From Perna viridis (lineage: Eukaryota), in contig CM074515.1 in assembly GCA_037379345.1 (NCBI GenBank), positions 10,788,001 through 10,852,000 of the forward strand: a DNA stretch of 64,000 nucleotides. The letters run 5' to 3'. The position numbers and the translations under genes are program-made. Each line of letters opens with the position of its first letter. The stretch's first letter is position 1. Below are positions 52,768 through 64,000 of this stretch, piece by piece. The notes under the pieces are model-generated. The model did not search any database and was not told the origin of the DNA. It saw only the letters and a program-made list of their open reading frames with translations.

Positions 52768-54049
52768 GTTTGTTTGTATTTGAGTCTTATGACGGTTATT
52801 GGGGAGCTTTTTTACCTGAGCAGCCAGGTAGATCTATACTTAGCTATGAGATCAATAGACCATAGGGTTTTGTTTGCTACTTTATATAACTTATACAGTC
52901 ACGATTTAACTGAATACCCTTTGTTTGGTACCTTGATTTATTGTAAATATATTTTATGATATAAAAAAACTGAAACCTTATGATTCATCAGGACATGCGC
53001 AGTATTCATCCATAATAATGAATTCATTTTTTGAGAGAACGTGTACACTTATTTACGCATTTATTTTATGTATAGAATTATGGACACAGGCTGGTGTTGT
53101 ACAAGGGGTACGTGTGGACACAGACTGGTATCGCCAGAGGAGGAAGTTCGACTAAGAATAGTTTAGTCTCCAAACCATCCTTTATATTTCAAATCAATCC
53201 CACCAGTGGTTTATCCAGAGGGGGAGGTTGAGCAGGTTTGCGCCCCCCTCTTGTATGAAATTTTTTTCATTTTCATGTGTTGAATTGGTAAAAATGATAA
53301 ATACATAATATACATTGCATAACATTGTTTATGCTAATCTTTAAATCAAGAAGTTGGTGCCTTTTCCCGACATTTCAAATCAGGTGTAAGATCAGGTACT
53401 TGTATTTTTATAGCAGCAATATTCCTTTAATGTTATAATCGGATCTTCAGACTTGAAAAACATCATTGTAGGGCGACATTGTACTGAGTATTAAACAACC
53501 CTTCAAATTGGCGGGTTACACATTCTTTATGCATTTGGTCTATAATTAACGGTTTACGGCATGAGATGCAATAATTGCAAAGTCCCAGTACAATATATAC
53601 AACTTTATTTACATCTGGTGAAAATACATGTGTACAGTTCGGAAGTCAGGGACAGACTCCCCGATTCAACTAGACAAAAAACATATTCTATTTTTGTACA
53701 GAGAATCATAAAAAACTTACACAACATTCAGAATTCTTTAGGTATTACATCATTTAGCGATAATTGCTATATTGACAAATTTGCTTGAGGCGGTTTCTTA
53801 GCTCATTGACAAACATAAAGATTAACAAGGAATTAAAGAACTATTAGGCGACCAAAGTCAATTACAAATAAATAAATGTCAATCAATTAATATAGATATT
53901 ATAGATACGAAGAAAATCTTAACACGATAAAATAAACAATGTCCAGCACTTAAAGTTCAATGAAATTCTGTTTCTCCTAAAAACGTCCAAGGGGTCCGGC
54001 TGTCCGTTTTCTCTTGGTTATAATTACATGCCAAAACAAAAGCTGTATC

Positions 54050-55170
54050 ACATGCGCATCAACACGAGACTTTATAATTCTACTCCCCATACTCCGTTAA
54101 AATCCCGACTCGAAAACATTATACATCGTTGTTACATCGACGGTACATCTAGATACATATTTGTAGTTTTCAGTAGCGATTCTTCATACTTTGTAAAAAA
54201 AAAAAATATTCCAGATTATCTTCCAAATATACCGAAGAAGATGTTTAAGAATGCTGGAATTTTTAATCGACAACATTATTTTTATATGGCTAGTGTGGTG
54301 GATGCAATTTTCAACAAACGGTCGGCATTCAAATAGGAACAAATAGTGCGCTTCTACTTGCTGACCTATTCATTCACTCTTATGAGGTTGACTTTATAGG
54401 AGATTTGATCCAAAAGAAAGAACATCGTTTAGCTAAATCCTTTAATCTCCGTTTCCGATATATAGATGACGTATTATCGTTAAACAATCCTAGTTTTGGT
54501 GATTTTATACATCACATCTACCCCAAAGAACAGGAAATAAAGGATACGTCAGACACTGATAAGTCAGCCTCATATCTTGACCTACACTTAGATGGTAAAC
54601 GAAAACTATTGACCAGACTATGAGACAAACGCGATGACTTTTCATTCCGTATTGTCAACTTTCCTTTCATCTTTGGCAACATTCCTTCACCACCTGCGTA
54701 TGGAGTTTTCATATTACAACTTACATGTTATGCCAGGGCTTGCCGTAACTATGCAGACTTTTTGTATCGCTCTAGACTTCTTTCAATTAGGCTTCTGGGA
54801 CAGGGTTGTTTTGCTACACGATTGAAGTCATCACTACAGAAGTCTTATGGTCGTCATCAGTAACTCGTGGATCGTTACGGTGTATCCATCTGCGCCATGA
54901 AAACTGATTTGTTCAACGTGTAATAGTTTTCCTTTCTTCTTTCAACTACCTCGGACTTGACTATTTATGAGCAACTCGGCGGGTGTTTCTATAGAGGACG
55001 CTAACCCTACCGGTGACCTGGTCCATGCTCCCAGTTTTTAGTGGAGTCCGAGTACCTCATTTGCTTTTGTTACTTTGTATGTATTATTTTAGTTACTGTA
55101 TGTCTGGTATTTGCCCCGGATTACATTCTTTTGATTACCACCAGAACCTTGGTTCTCTTGGTTACTCTTT
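54050..55170 (+). mobile_element. Decayed Penelope-like retroelement RT (probably Naiad-type) with 3' flank
   Basis: GIQIGTNSALLLADLFIHSYE, RFRYIDDVLSLNN, SASYLDLHL, DKRDDFSFRIVNFPF..NIP..PAYGV; frame ends near 54923 with no C-terminal GIY-YIG. Confidence 0.85.
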
Positions 55171-55296
55171 CAATGTAATCTTACAGAAAAACCTGGAAAA
55201 TTTATCCACTGGAAATAAACGGATAAATTAACAACTTACAGAATGGGGTGTCTGACAGTCAATTCAACGACCCGAACATATGCTTCAGATAATTTG

Positions 55297-55341
55297 ATCA
55301 TGGAAGTATAATATCTAGTCTAGATATTATACTTCCATGAT
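55297..55341. repeat. Perfect inverted repeat, 22-bp arms, 1-nt spacer
   Basis: ATCATGGAAGTATAATATCTAG-T-CTAGATATTATACTTCCATGAT. Confidence 0.95.
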
Positions 55342-57161
55342 TAGATCAAGCTTTGATCAACTAAATACAAAAACTCCTTTCTCCTGTCGATTTGCATGAC
55401 TTAAGACCAACTCGTACTCGTACGGAAAGAAAAACACAGTAACAGCGATGCCAAACTTATCGAGAGAACACAACGTGATAACGGAGAATCATTAGGGAAA
55501 CATAAGCCGATGCCATATGCACCATTTACTTATGTGCTGGAAATAATACTAAACTGAAGCAGTCTATATCAAAGGGAACAAAAACTATAACAGAGGAAGA
55601 TGATAATTCTCGTACGGATATCTTCATCAAACTGTCATAGAACATATAGGAAACAGTGACAATGTCAATGGAATATAGAATCTCACAGTAGAAACAACGA
55701 AAACCCGAAGATGACAACAAACGGAAACTAACAGAAAACTTCACCAACGAAATAGTATCATTAAAGAATAAGGGCTCTGTTATATCAACGCTTCAAGACG
55801 AATTAAAAACACACACAAATGTAAGTTGTAAGGCTACAAGCCGATATTAAAATCCAGAAACAAATGATGAAGGAAAAAAGGGTCGAAATGCAAAATGTGA
55901 ATGAGAAACAAATGAGAAACAAACCAATATTGAAAAAATCAGTAATATACTTGATGCTATTGGCAATAGATTGAAGAAACAGACCACTATCATTTCGCCG
56001 AAAAAGCCGTATATTGGTAAAACCAGGGGGTACTCCGTCCGACATGTTCCAGACACTTGATACAACAGAACAATCAGAAGAGCAAACTGATCGAAAACGA
56101 ATTGATACGGACAAAGAACGAACAGAACGAAAACAAATATTAATATTCAGTGAACGAACTGCAAGTGAAAGAATAGATGTGAACAATGAACGACATCATC
56201 AACAATATGGACACCAGGATCGACCAGAAACTCAGGAAGAACAATAGGAGGATAACAAAGATTCAAATACAAATTTCCGTGGTGTTATTAGAACTAGACG
56301 TATTGTACTATATTATGTTGTAGCATATACTTCATATGAATTTGTGAGGGTACAATAAGAGAGTCCACAGAGAGAAGGGTTGAGCACGTGACTTTCACTA
56401 AATTGTTGAAAAAGAACGAAAGTAGAGGAAGAATGACTTATATCATGCGTGTAAATGTGAATGAGGACTTCATACGTAAGAGAGATTCGCTTACATTTTT
56501 TTTCAAAACAATTTCGACCATGCTATGTTGAAACACACACAAAAAAAAAACTACATTGAACTTGTATTCATTACCTTATGACCCGCTTTGAAAAAAATTA
56601 TGAACCTGTGTAGTACGAACTGCGTAAATAAATCGGTCAGTTTTATTCTGAAATACCTTAAATGTGTACGGTTATTGCGTCAAGTCTCAATTTGATTGGC
56701 TGTTTTACGAGCTACATAAATATATTTGTGGGTTTCTTTAAAACGTTCTTTGAAGCCATACTGTGTGCATGCGCCTAAGATGTTTGCTGTCATACAACAC
56801 AACATTTTTCAAAAACGTCTGCATTGAAACAGACAAAAGGAGTCACTAAGTAACGGATACACGGAAAGTGTTATCTTTTCCACTTCATTGTAACAGTGTT
56901 ATATACTGTGTTAATGATCAGGGGTAATAACTGATGTGAGCATATAGTCATGATCAGGAACCGATTTACAATGGAGTCAATCATATTCATACAATGTACG
57001 AGCAGATATTCAATCAAACAAATTATGGGATATGTTGTCATTTTGTGTTGTTACCCTTTGAATCTTTTCTATTGACCGAAAAAAAAAGGCATGAACTCAA
57101 ACAATATGCGTAAACTTGTAATACACGAATGTATATTGTTACGGAAAACCTAGTGTATATA

Positions 57162-57275
57162 TATAGATTGATTATACAGTGAACCAATGCAGCATAGCTT
57201 CAGGTACCACACTTAAATACATAGATTGATTATACAGTAAACCAATGCAGTATAGGTTCAGGTATCAGATTTAAA
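57162..57275. repeat. Tandem duplication, ~58 bp x2
   Basis: atagattgattatacagt.aaccaatgcag.atag.ttcaggta twice. Confidence 0.85.
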
Positions 57276-59080
57276 TTAATATGAAAGTAGTATATGCTAC
57301 ACTACGCTTTGACTATTAACATGAAAACATTACCCATCAGTCAATATTTTGTAGAATGATTTATACACATGTACCAACAATAATCTAGTCAAAGGATAAT
57401 AACCATCAAAAGAGACTTCCAATACTAGTAATTAATGTTCAGGTACAACAAAGGTTAAAATAATCTATATTCCTTTATTCAAAAACAAGTCAATAGGCCA
57501 TAGCTCAGAGGCAGACAAGTGACAAATACAAATAAACACAATTCCATGAACAAAATAATCTAAACCATAGATTTTAATAGTAATATACGATATACATTTG
57601 TGATCATTGCATTGGTTTCAATTCATAGTTCAACATGCATGAGTTTGAGGAACTTTCTCAGGAAAAGACATCTATCTATGATATCAATATTATTACATGG
57701 ATCATTGCCCATGAACTAACTTTATTCCCAGAAAATTTACCTATGAAGAAGAAGCCATACTGGAGGTACAAGAGAGGAGAAAATCCGTGTACAAAATAAT
57801 ATCGAGAACATCAAAAGGAACAGAAAACAAATGGATCAACACAAAAAAAAAAAAAAAACGAAAAACTGAACGGTTTCATAATTTCAGATTGAAAACCTAA
57901 ACTTATGGGCAGCAAATTCTTGTAAAAAGTAACTTTTGCATAAGCTATCAAATTGGTGTAATAAGCGAAATTGAGCGAAGCGTAGGAGTTGATGTACAAA
58001 ACTTCCATACGCTGGGGATGCTTAATTGTTGTAACATAGAAACAAAAAGAGAAGGCAAATGGGAACTCCTTCTTTTGTAACGATACTAGTAGTCAAGACA
58101 ATAGACTTCAGTATGTTTACAGCGCCTTCATTTCACGGTATTTTGTGTTGATGAGATGAAAACCGTAACTACATGTCAGATTCATCAGTAAAATGATCTA
58201 TATTGCGGGAGCTAAATTTGAACGGATGTGCCAATCCGCTTTCATTTTGTTTGAGTAAGTTTGGCAGACGTCTGCCTCATAAGTGAGCACAAAAAGTCGA
58301 GATGCACAATTGGTAATAATTGGGATGTCCACTGTCTTTTAAAACACTCATTTACCAAAACTGTACAAAAATGCTATCAATAAAAAAATGTACCGAGCCA
58401 TTACTATTCCGAAAACCATTGCATATAAGTTATTATTAATCCTGGTACCCCTATGCATGGACCAACATTATTCAGGAGACTCTTATGAAACATATGAAAT
58501 CTGTTTTTGTGTGGAAACCAACAGTATTCTATGGGCCATCCAAAGTCATGCACTACGAATGGTATGGGAGAACTTGTCCTATAGTTTATATCGCATCTTA
58601 TTTTGAAAGCAACTAAAGATCAAATGTAAATGATAACCGGTCAACAGTATCAGCTAGTTATATAAGATAAAGGAATGTACTACAACTTAGGGACCAGAGA
58701 AATTAAGTACAATCTAATATGGACGTAGGTTATTTCAGTGCAAAATAATCAATTTTGGAATTTTTTATTTGGGAAGTTGATTATTTTTTTTTCATTCTAT
58801 ATTGTGAAATCATTGTAAAAATAGAACGCTGTTTCTGTCCACTGAACAAAGAGCATATAATTACATACAGTCAAAGCTTCAACAAACATTAAAATATAAG
58901 TAGTATTACAATAACTTTCTTTTTAAGTCGCTAATATTGTTATCGACTTCTTGCACTCTTAATTTCCGTACTTTATGTTCGCATATGATTTGCATAATTA
59001 TATATTTATACTCCACGTAGTGCTGCAGATTTGTGTCGTGTTTACGGCCATATAGCGGCAGTTCTAGCTTCATACGAGAT

Positions 59081-59479
59081 AAAAATATCATACACGTGCT
59101 TTCTACGTGTGTTTCTTGCTTGTATGAGATCCGGAAATTTACATGAAATGATCGGTTAGCATTGAACACTACACAGTTTCCGATTCACACAGGGGCTCGT
59201 TACCGGACTATATAGGTCATATACATTAGGAAGGCCCCGATATCTATAAATATGCATTGCTCGTTGCTTAATCTGGTAACTAATCTGGTTCATTGGTCAA
59301 TATAATAAGCGACAACGTACCGCTTTTAAAAAATATCATACACATGTCTAGGCTATGTGTTTTTTTTGTTGCTTGTATGAGAACCGTAAGTTTACATTAA
59401 AAGATGAAATGATCGGTTAACATTGAATTTATGTAAAATTACCCAGTCTCCGATTCAAACACAGGGGCTCGTTACAATT

Positions 59480-59490
<11 letters not shown>
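59081..59490. repeat. Diverged direct duplication of ~130-160 bp
   Basis: aaaaatatcatacac...atgaaatgatcggtta.cattgaa...ccgattca..acaggggctcgttac at 59081 and 59329. Confidence 0.75.

Positions 59491-59518
<28 letters not shown>
59483..59518. repeat. (TA)n microsatellite
   Basis: Uninterrupted TA run. Confidence 0.95.
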
Positions 59519-59520
<2 letters not shown>

Positions 59521-59997
59521 GTCGGTTCTGACACATTAGTTATAATTGTTTGTAGTTGATATTATTTCAAGCTTTGCCTATGATGGACAGGGCGATTTGT
59601 ACTCAAATAACACACGACTTTGATATATTGTTATATCGCTGATGTTTCGACCAACGGGAATAAGCGAGACTTCCTATAACATATTACTGTGCGAGTGCGT
59701 TAAAAAGTTTAAAAAAATTCTTCCAAACTGTAGACGTTATTTCCAGAACACGTCACTTCCGACAGAACGATTTCGAGCCATTCATGTTTATAAAAAAGCG
59801 TTTACATACATTTACTCCACTCACGCTCCGTCCCTATGAGTGAATTTGATATAAATGGCAATTACCATTCACATTCCATAACTTAATACACTGTTTTAGT
59901 GTTCACAGCGATAACTGTATTTGTTAGTTTAAAAGATCATTTACTACAACACTCACACAAACAGCATACTGGCTAAAGCTGTGGAATGGTGTGTGTC

Positions 59998-61647
59998 TCA
60001 TGAAACAAGTTTTGTCTCTGGATGTAGTCCACAATCATCTTGAATATATGGTACGACCAATTCCTCGTATCCTTTTGGAACAATAATCGATAATCTGTCG
60101 CCGTTGCCCGTTATTGATTTCGTTTTTAAATCGTAACCTTTCTTTTTTCTAGAAATTATTACGAGAAGAAGAAAGGCTGAAATATCCATCAAAACAGCAG
60201 AGAAACCTCCTAAAACAAGGCACCATGGTGAAATGAACCGAATGTCCTTCCCGAAATGGTCATCGAGTATCTCGTTTTTCTGCAGTGATCGGAGTTGAAC
60301 GACATAAGCTGTCACTCGCACCACCGCCAACCAGTACAATAAAGCTTTAAAATACAATATTGAAATATACAAATAGAAATCTAGACGAATACAGAAATTT
60401 TAATGCATTATTTTGAATTATTTGAGTAATTGAAGGAAAATGACAGGTAAAACTAGACCAACAATCTACATTTAGTCCGTCGAAGTATCTTAATTTGTTT
60501 TGTCCGTCGAAGTATCGTGGCTTATCCATGATGCATGATATCTCAACTGATAAAAAAGTAACGATCGGTTCATGAAAGTTAATTAACAACCCTTGATTTT
60601 GTTCATACGTGATCTGCAAGTAGAAATAATTTAAAAAATGAACAGGAAAAAACTGGGTTGGTTTTGAGTTGGCATGACAGTTTAGACTGTATTACAAGTT
60701 ATCGAGCTTACATGACAGAAACAGTGAACAGCAGGCAAGTTGCCCAAGGTGAACACAACAGCCACCATTTCGAGCATATGAAACAGCAAATATAATACCA
60801 CACATTCCCAATCCGAGTCCTATTGTCACATAAATAGCAATTTCCTGACGGCCTTGGCGTCCGAAATCTGAAATAGTAGCATAATACTGTGCATCTTCAT
60901 CTGTGTAAAACACATACTAATTTATACAAGAATGACAGAAAAAGAATTAAGTCAACATTAAAAGGAAGAAGAAAACACACACACACACACACATGAAGTT
61001 GAGTACTTATTGGATAGATTGACTGGTATACCAGGGTAGTAGACCTGTTCTTTTTTTCTGGACTTGTATGCAAAGTGCAAAATATCACTAACAAGATTTT
61101 ACGATTTAAGTGGGCATCTTTTGCAACAACAACAAAAAAAAAAGAAATAGTGAAAATCGAATCTTGTTATACCAAAAGAAATCTGACATTTCTTACCAAC
61201 AGCTATACAAATGAAGCTTCTTTCCTTCATTAACTGTTCAGGAACACTGATCCAATCAACAGGTTTATCGGATTTTACACGAGTATTCTTGAACTCATCC
61301 TTAGAACCCAAGTTACACTCTGTCCGATAGCTATGATGATAACATTGGTGGTTTTTGCACAAACGCCATTGATAGCCGGCTTTATAAGCACCAAGCGGTC
61401 GTTCCTCCGAGTTATTTTCCTGTACTTCGGGTGTCTTATAATAACTCATACAAACTTTATAGAACCAGACACCAAACTTAATGCTTATATTTGGTCGTTT
61501 GTCAATAGAAGAATCTGCAACCATGTCAAATTCTGGTACTTTATACTCTAGAACTACCCAACCTGGCCCGGCATAAACTATCATTTCGGCTATGAAGGCT
61601 ACAATAGAGAGCAATACGCATGATTTCAGTCCAATTTTTACCTCCAT
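59998..61647 (-). CDS. Claudin/PMP22/EMP-superfamily tetraspan protein B, 328 aa; complement(join(59998-60344,60712-60900,61197-61647))
   Basis: GPGW...KFGVWFYKVC; same 3-exon phase-1 structure and shared motifs (H.G.LAC, PWCL, PKGYE.L.VP) as paralogue A; open frame of 987 nt. Confidence 0.85.
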
Positions 61648-64000
61648 TTGTCTTTTCTCATCAATTTAACTTCTAGCAAAGAATATATGTTGTAGAAACG
61701 TGATGCAATCCCACAAATTAGAGACCTGTTCAACACATATGTAAGATTTATTTAATATATATAACTACACATCAAATATTCATTCAGTTTTAGCTTCATT
61801 ACCGTACTGTAAATTGTAGTTATTGATCTAATTCTGGTTCTGACTTATGCTTTTCTAAAAATTCGATACCTATCCAATATTCAGGAAATTTTCAAAGAAA
61901 GATTCTAATTAATTTTGATCACCTTACAACCTTTCCTTTGGTGTCTAAGTCTTGCAGCATCGCTGATTCGGAATAGAGAACCTAACTTTTTCATCTCAAA
62001 CTATAATCGATATCTGCAAACCAATCACGAAACCATTTGGTTTCAACGATTTTGTAAGTATGTATGTTAAAGTTTCTATGGACCTGTCAGTTAACTAAGG
62101 TGCCTTGTATGAACAAAACTGCTATGCGCTCTGAAGAATTGATCGAACTTAATTGTTCCATCACAATTTGTAAAAATATATTCATTTAACAGGTAACACT
62201 TTACCGTCATGCATGAAGTTTGTATACCGACTTTCTAGTAGAGCGATAATATTTCCAAATAAGCTTCAAAAACATTTAATAATATTGTTGCTTGAATCTT
62301 TATTGCAACTAAAATGACAATTTAACGATTTATTGTCTTTCATATTATTTTCCGTATGTAAATGGGATGGAAAAGTTAAACGACAGTAGTAGCTCCTGTA
62401 AGATGTAAAACGAAAGGAGAAGCTAAAATAAAGATAGGACGAAAAAAAAAAAGATTTTATCTTAGGTTGGGATATTGAGCCAAACATCATATAAGTTACC
62501 CAAAAAGTGAAGAGAAACAACCCGATGAAACATAACAGCTGTAAAGAACAGGGTCAAAAGGAAGAGTTCGGTGGAATATTACACTGGTAAAAGTAACAAA
62601 GAGGACAACAAAATAACCTCTGTAACGTAAAGGTAAATGCGAAACGAAGGAATTGAACATGACACAAAAACGATTGGATTTGACATAACAAAAACCAAAG
62701 AGATCAGAAATCATTTAGAATCCGAATTTCACTTGTACTTGAAGAAACTGTTATTCATGGAAAATAATGCATAAAACAGAAAAGATCATTGAAACTTCCG
62801 GGTTGAGTATTACATCATAAAAAGATAGAAAGATATGGGATCACAACACTTGTAATAAAAAGATATATCAGTACACTCATAAAGAAAATTATAAAAAAAA
62901 ATATGATAAGCCTTAGCACTACAAAATGATACTACGATAACAACTGATATGTTCTATTCACCTAAAAGTAAAATTCAATATTCTAAAGGCAAGCAGTGTT
63001 TAATAACATAACCCAGTAAATGAAAGGATACATTGGCTGAATGGGTGATATTAAGTAAAAGGAGAAAAGTCTGTAGGAATTTCACTATCAATATTTATAT
63101 GAAACGGTTAAATGGAACCAAACCAAAAGCCATTTACAATATACGATAAGCAGCACATCAATTATCAAGTAGATTTTTGCGTACTATTGTAATTTATCCC
63201 ACCTACTCTACCTAACCAGAAAGGAACATTACAAGCCAGCTCTGCATTTTTTTTGGTACATTTTTATTTTGCCAAGTGCTTCGAAAGTTCAATCAAGCAC
63301 AGAGACCATATTTTGAAATTAGCATCTGTGTACAATCTAGTCAATTATGGTATACCCAGATAATAAACTATGCTTTGTAAATGTCGACAAGAATATTAAC
63401 TTTAGAACTCGATTCGATATACAATGGTAGATATCCCGTTAAATTGGAAGATTTGTTTTAAGTAACCTGAATCCTGATATAAAATTAAGAAGAACCCTAC
63501 AAGGAAATCGAGAACTAATTCTCTCAATATGAAGAATATTTGAGATTACTGACTGACTCATTCCTTCAGAAAACACATACTCCAACTGACGATATATCAA
63601 GAAATGTCTTGCTATAACCAAAGGGATTGTGTAGGTGTAACCATACGGTATCTTCGTACAAGCTACAAGGAAATACAATAGTGTCAATATCTCTTATCTA
63701 TTTTTGGTAGACACCTCGATACTCAACCTATATAAAGAGTCTGTATGATGAGGAAAGGTCAGGTCCCATTTTCCTATGGTTAAAGCCAACTCACAAGGTT
63801 CAAAACGACTTGAATCATTCGAACATCGATAGTTAAACTGGACAAAAGCTGAAGTCAAATTTGTCTCATGGATTGGTCCATTTTTGGAAACGCCTGACTG
63901 TAAGTATAGCTCACGAGAAATATCGGCAAAGTATTGAAATGGAAGGACAATTCAGAGTCATAAAAACGAAGGTGCATGGCAAATCCTGAAAACGGAAAAT

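Noticed and set aside
52255-52959. 234-aa and 101-aa + strand ORFs
   Set aside because: Antisense shadows of the repetitive exon 1 of claudin-like gene A; no independent motif or splice support.
54621-54623. In-frame TGA in the Penelope-like RT as selenocysteine recoding
   Set aside because: It falls at the Tyr of the LYDKRDD motif, not a Cys position, and the copy has other frameshifts.
55400-56480. A-rich, coiled-coil-like broken frames, possibly LINE ORF1 debris
   Set aside because: No diagnostic motif could be read; too decayed to call.

Overview
AT-rich eukaryotic genomic DNA, most likely from a bivalve mollusc (inferred from the mytilid/oyster-type Helentron-associated elements and a Naiad-type Penelope RT). 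About 3.5-36.5 kb on the + strand holds a nearly complete Roundabout (Robo) gene: 20 coding exons reconstructed by hand from GT-AG sites with consistent phase (~1440 codons). It encodes 5 Ig, 3 FN3, a TM segment and a tail with CC1, CC2 and a WIRS-like motif; the signal-peptide exon was not found and probably lies upstream of the window. Its introns carry a TA-flanked MITE, a 3.8-kb 47-bp satellite that abuts a splice acceptor, and two arrays of tandem 'echo' copies of an exon end plus its 5' splice site. About 37-50 kb is transposon debris: HINEs, MITEs, LINE ORF1 and RT fragments, and a nested hairpin element. About 50.7-61.6 kb on the - strand holds two tandem 3-exon claudin/PMP22-superfamily tetraspan paralogues separated by a decayed Penelope-like RT. 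The most unusual observations are the splice-junction echo arrays, a frame-symmetric stop-carrying Robo exon that could switch C-termini, and an Asp/His-rich extracellular loop in one claudin-like paralogue.
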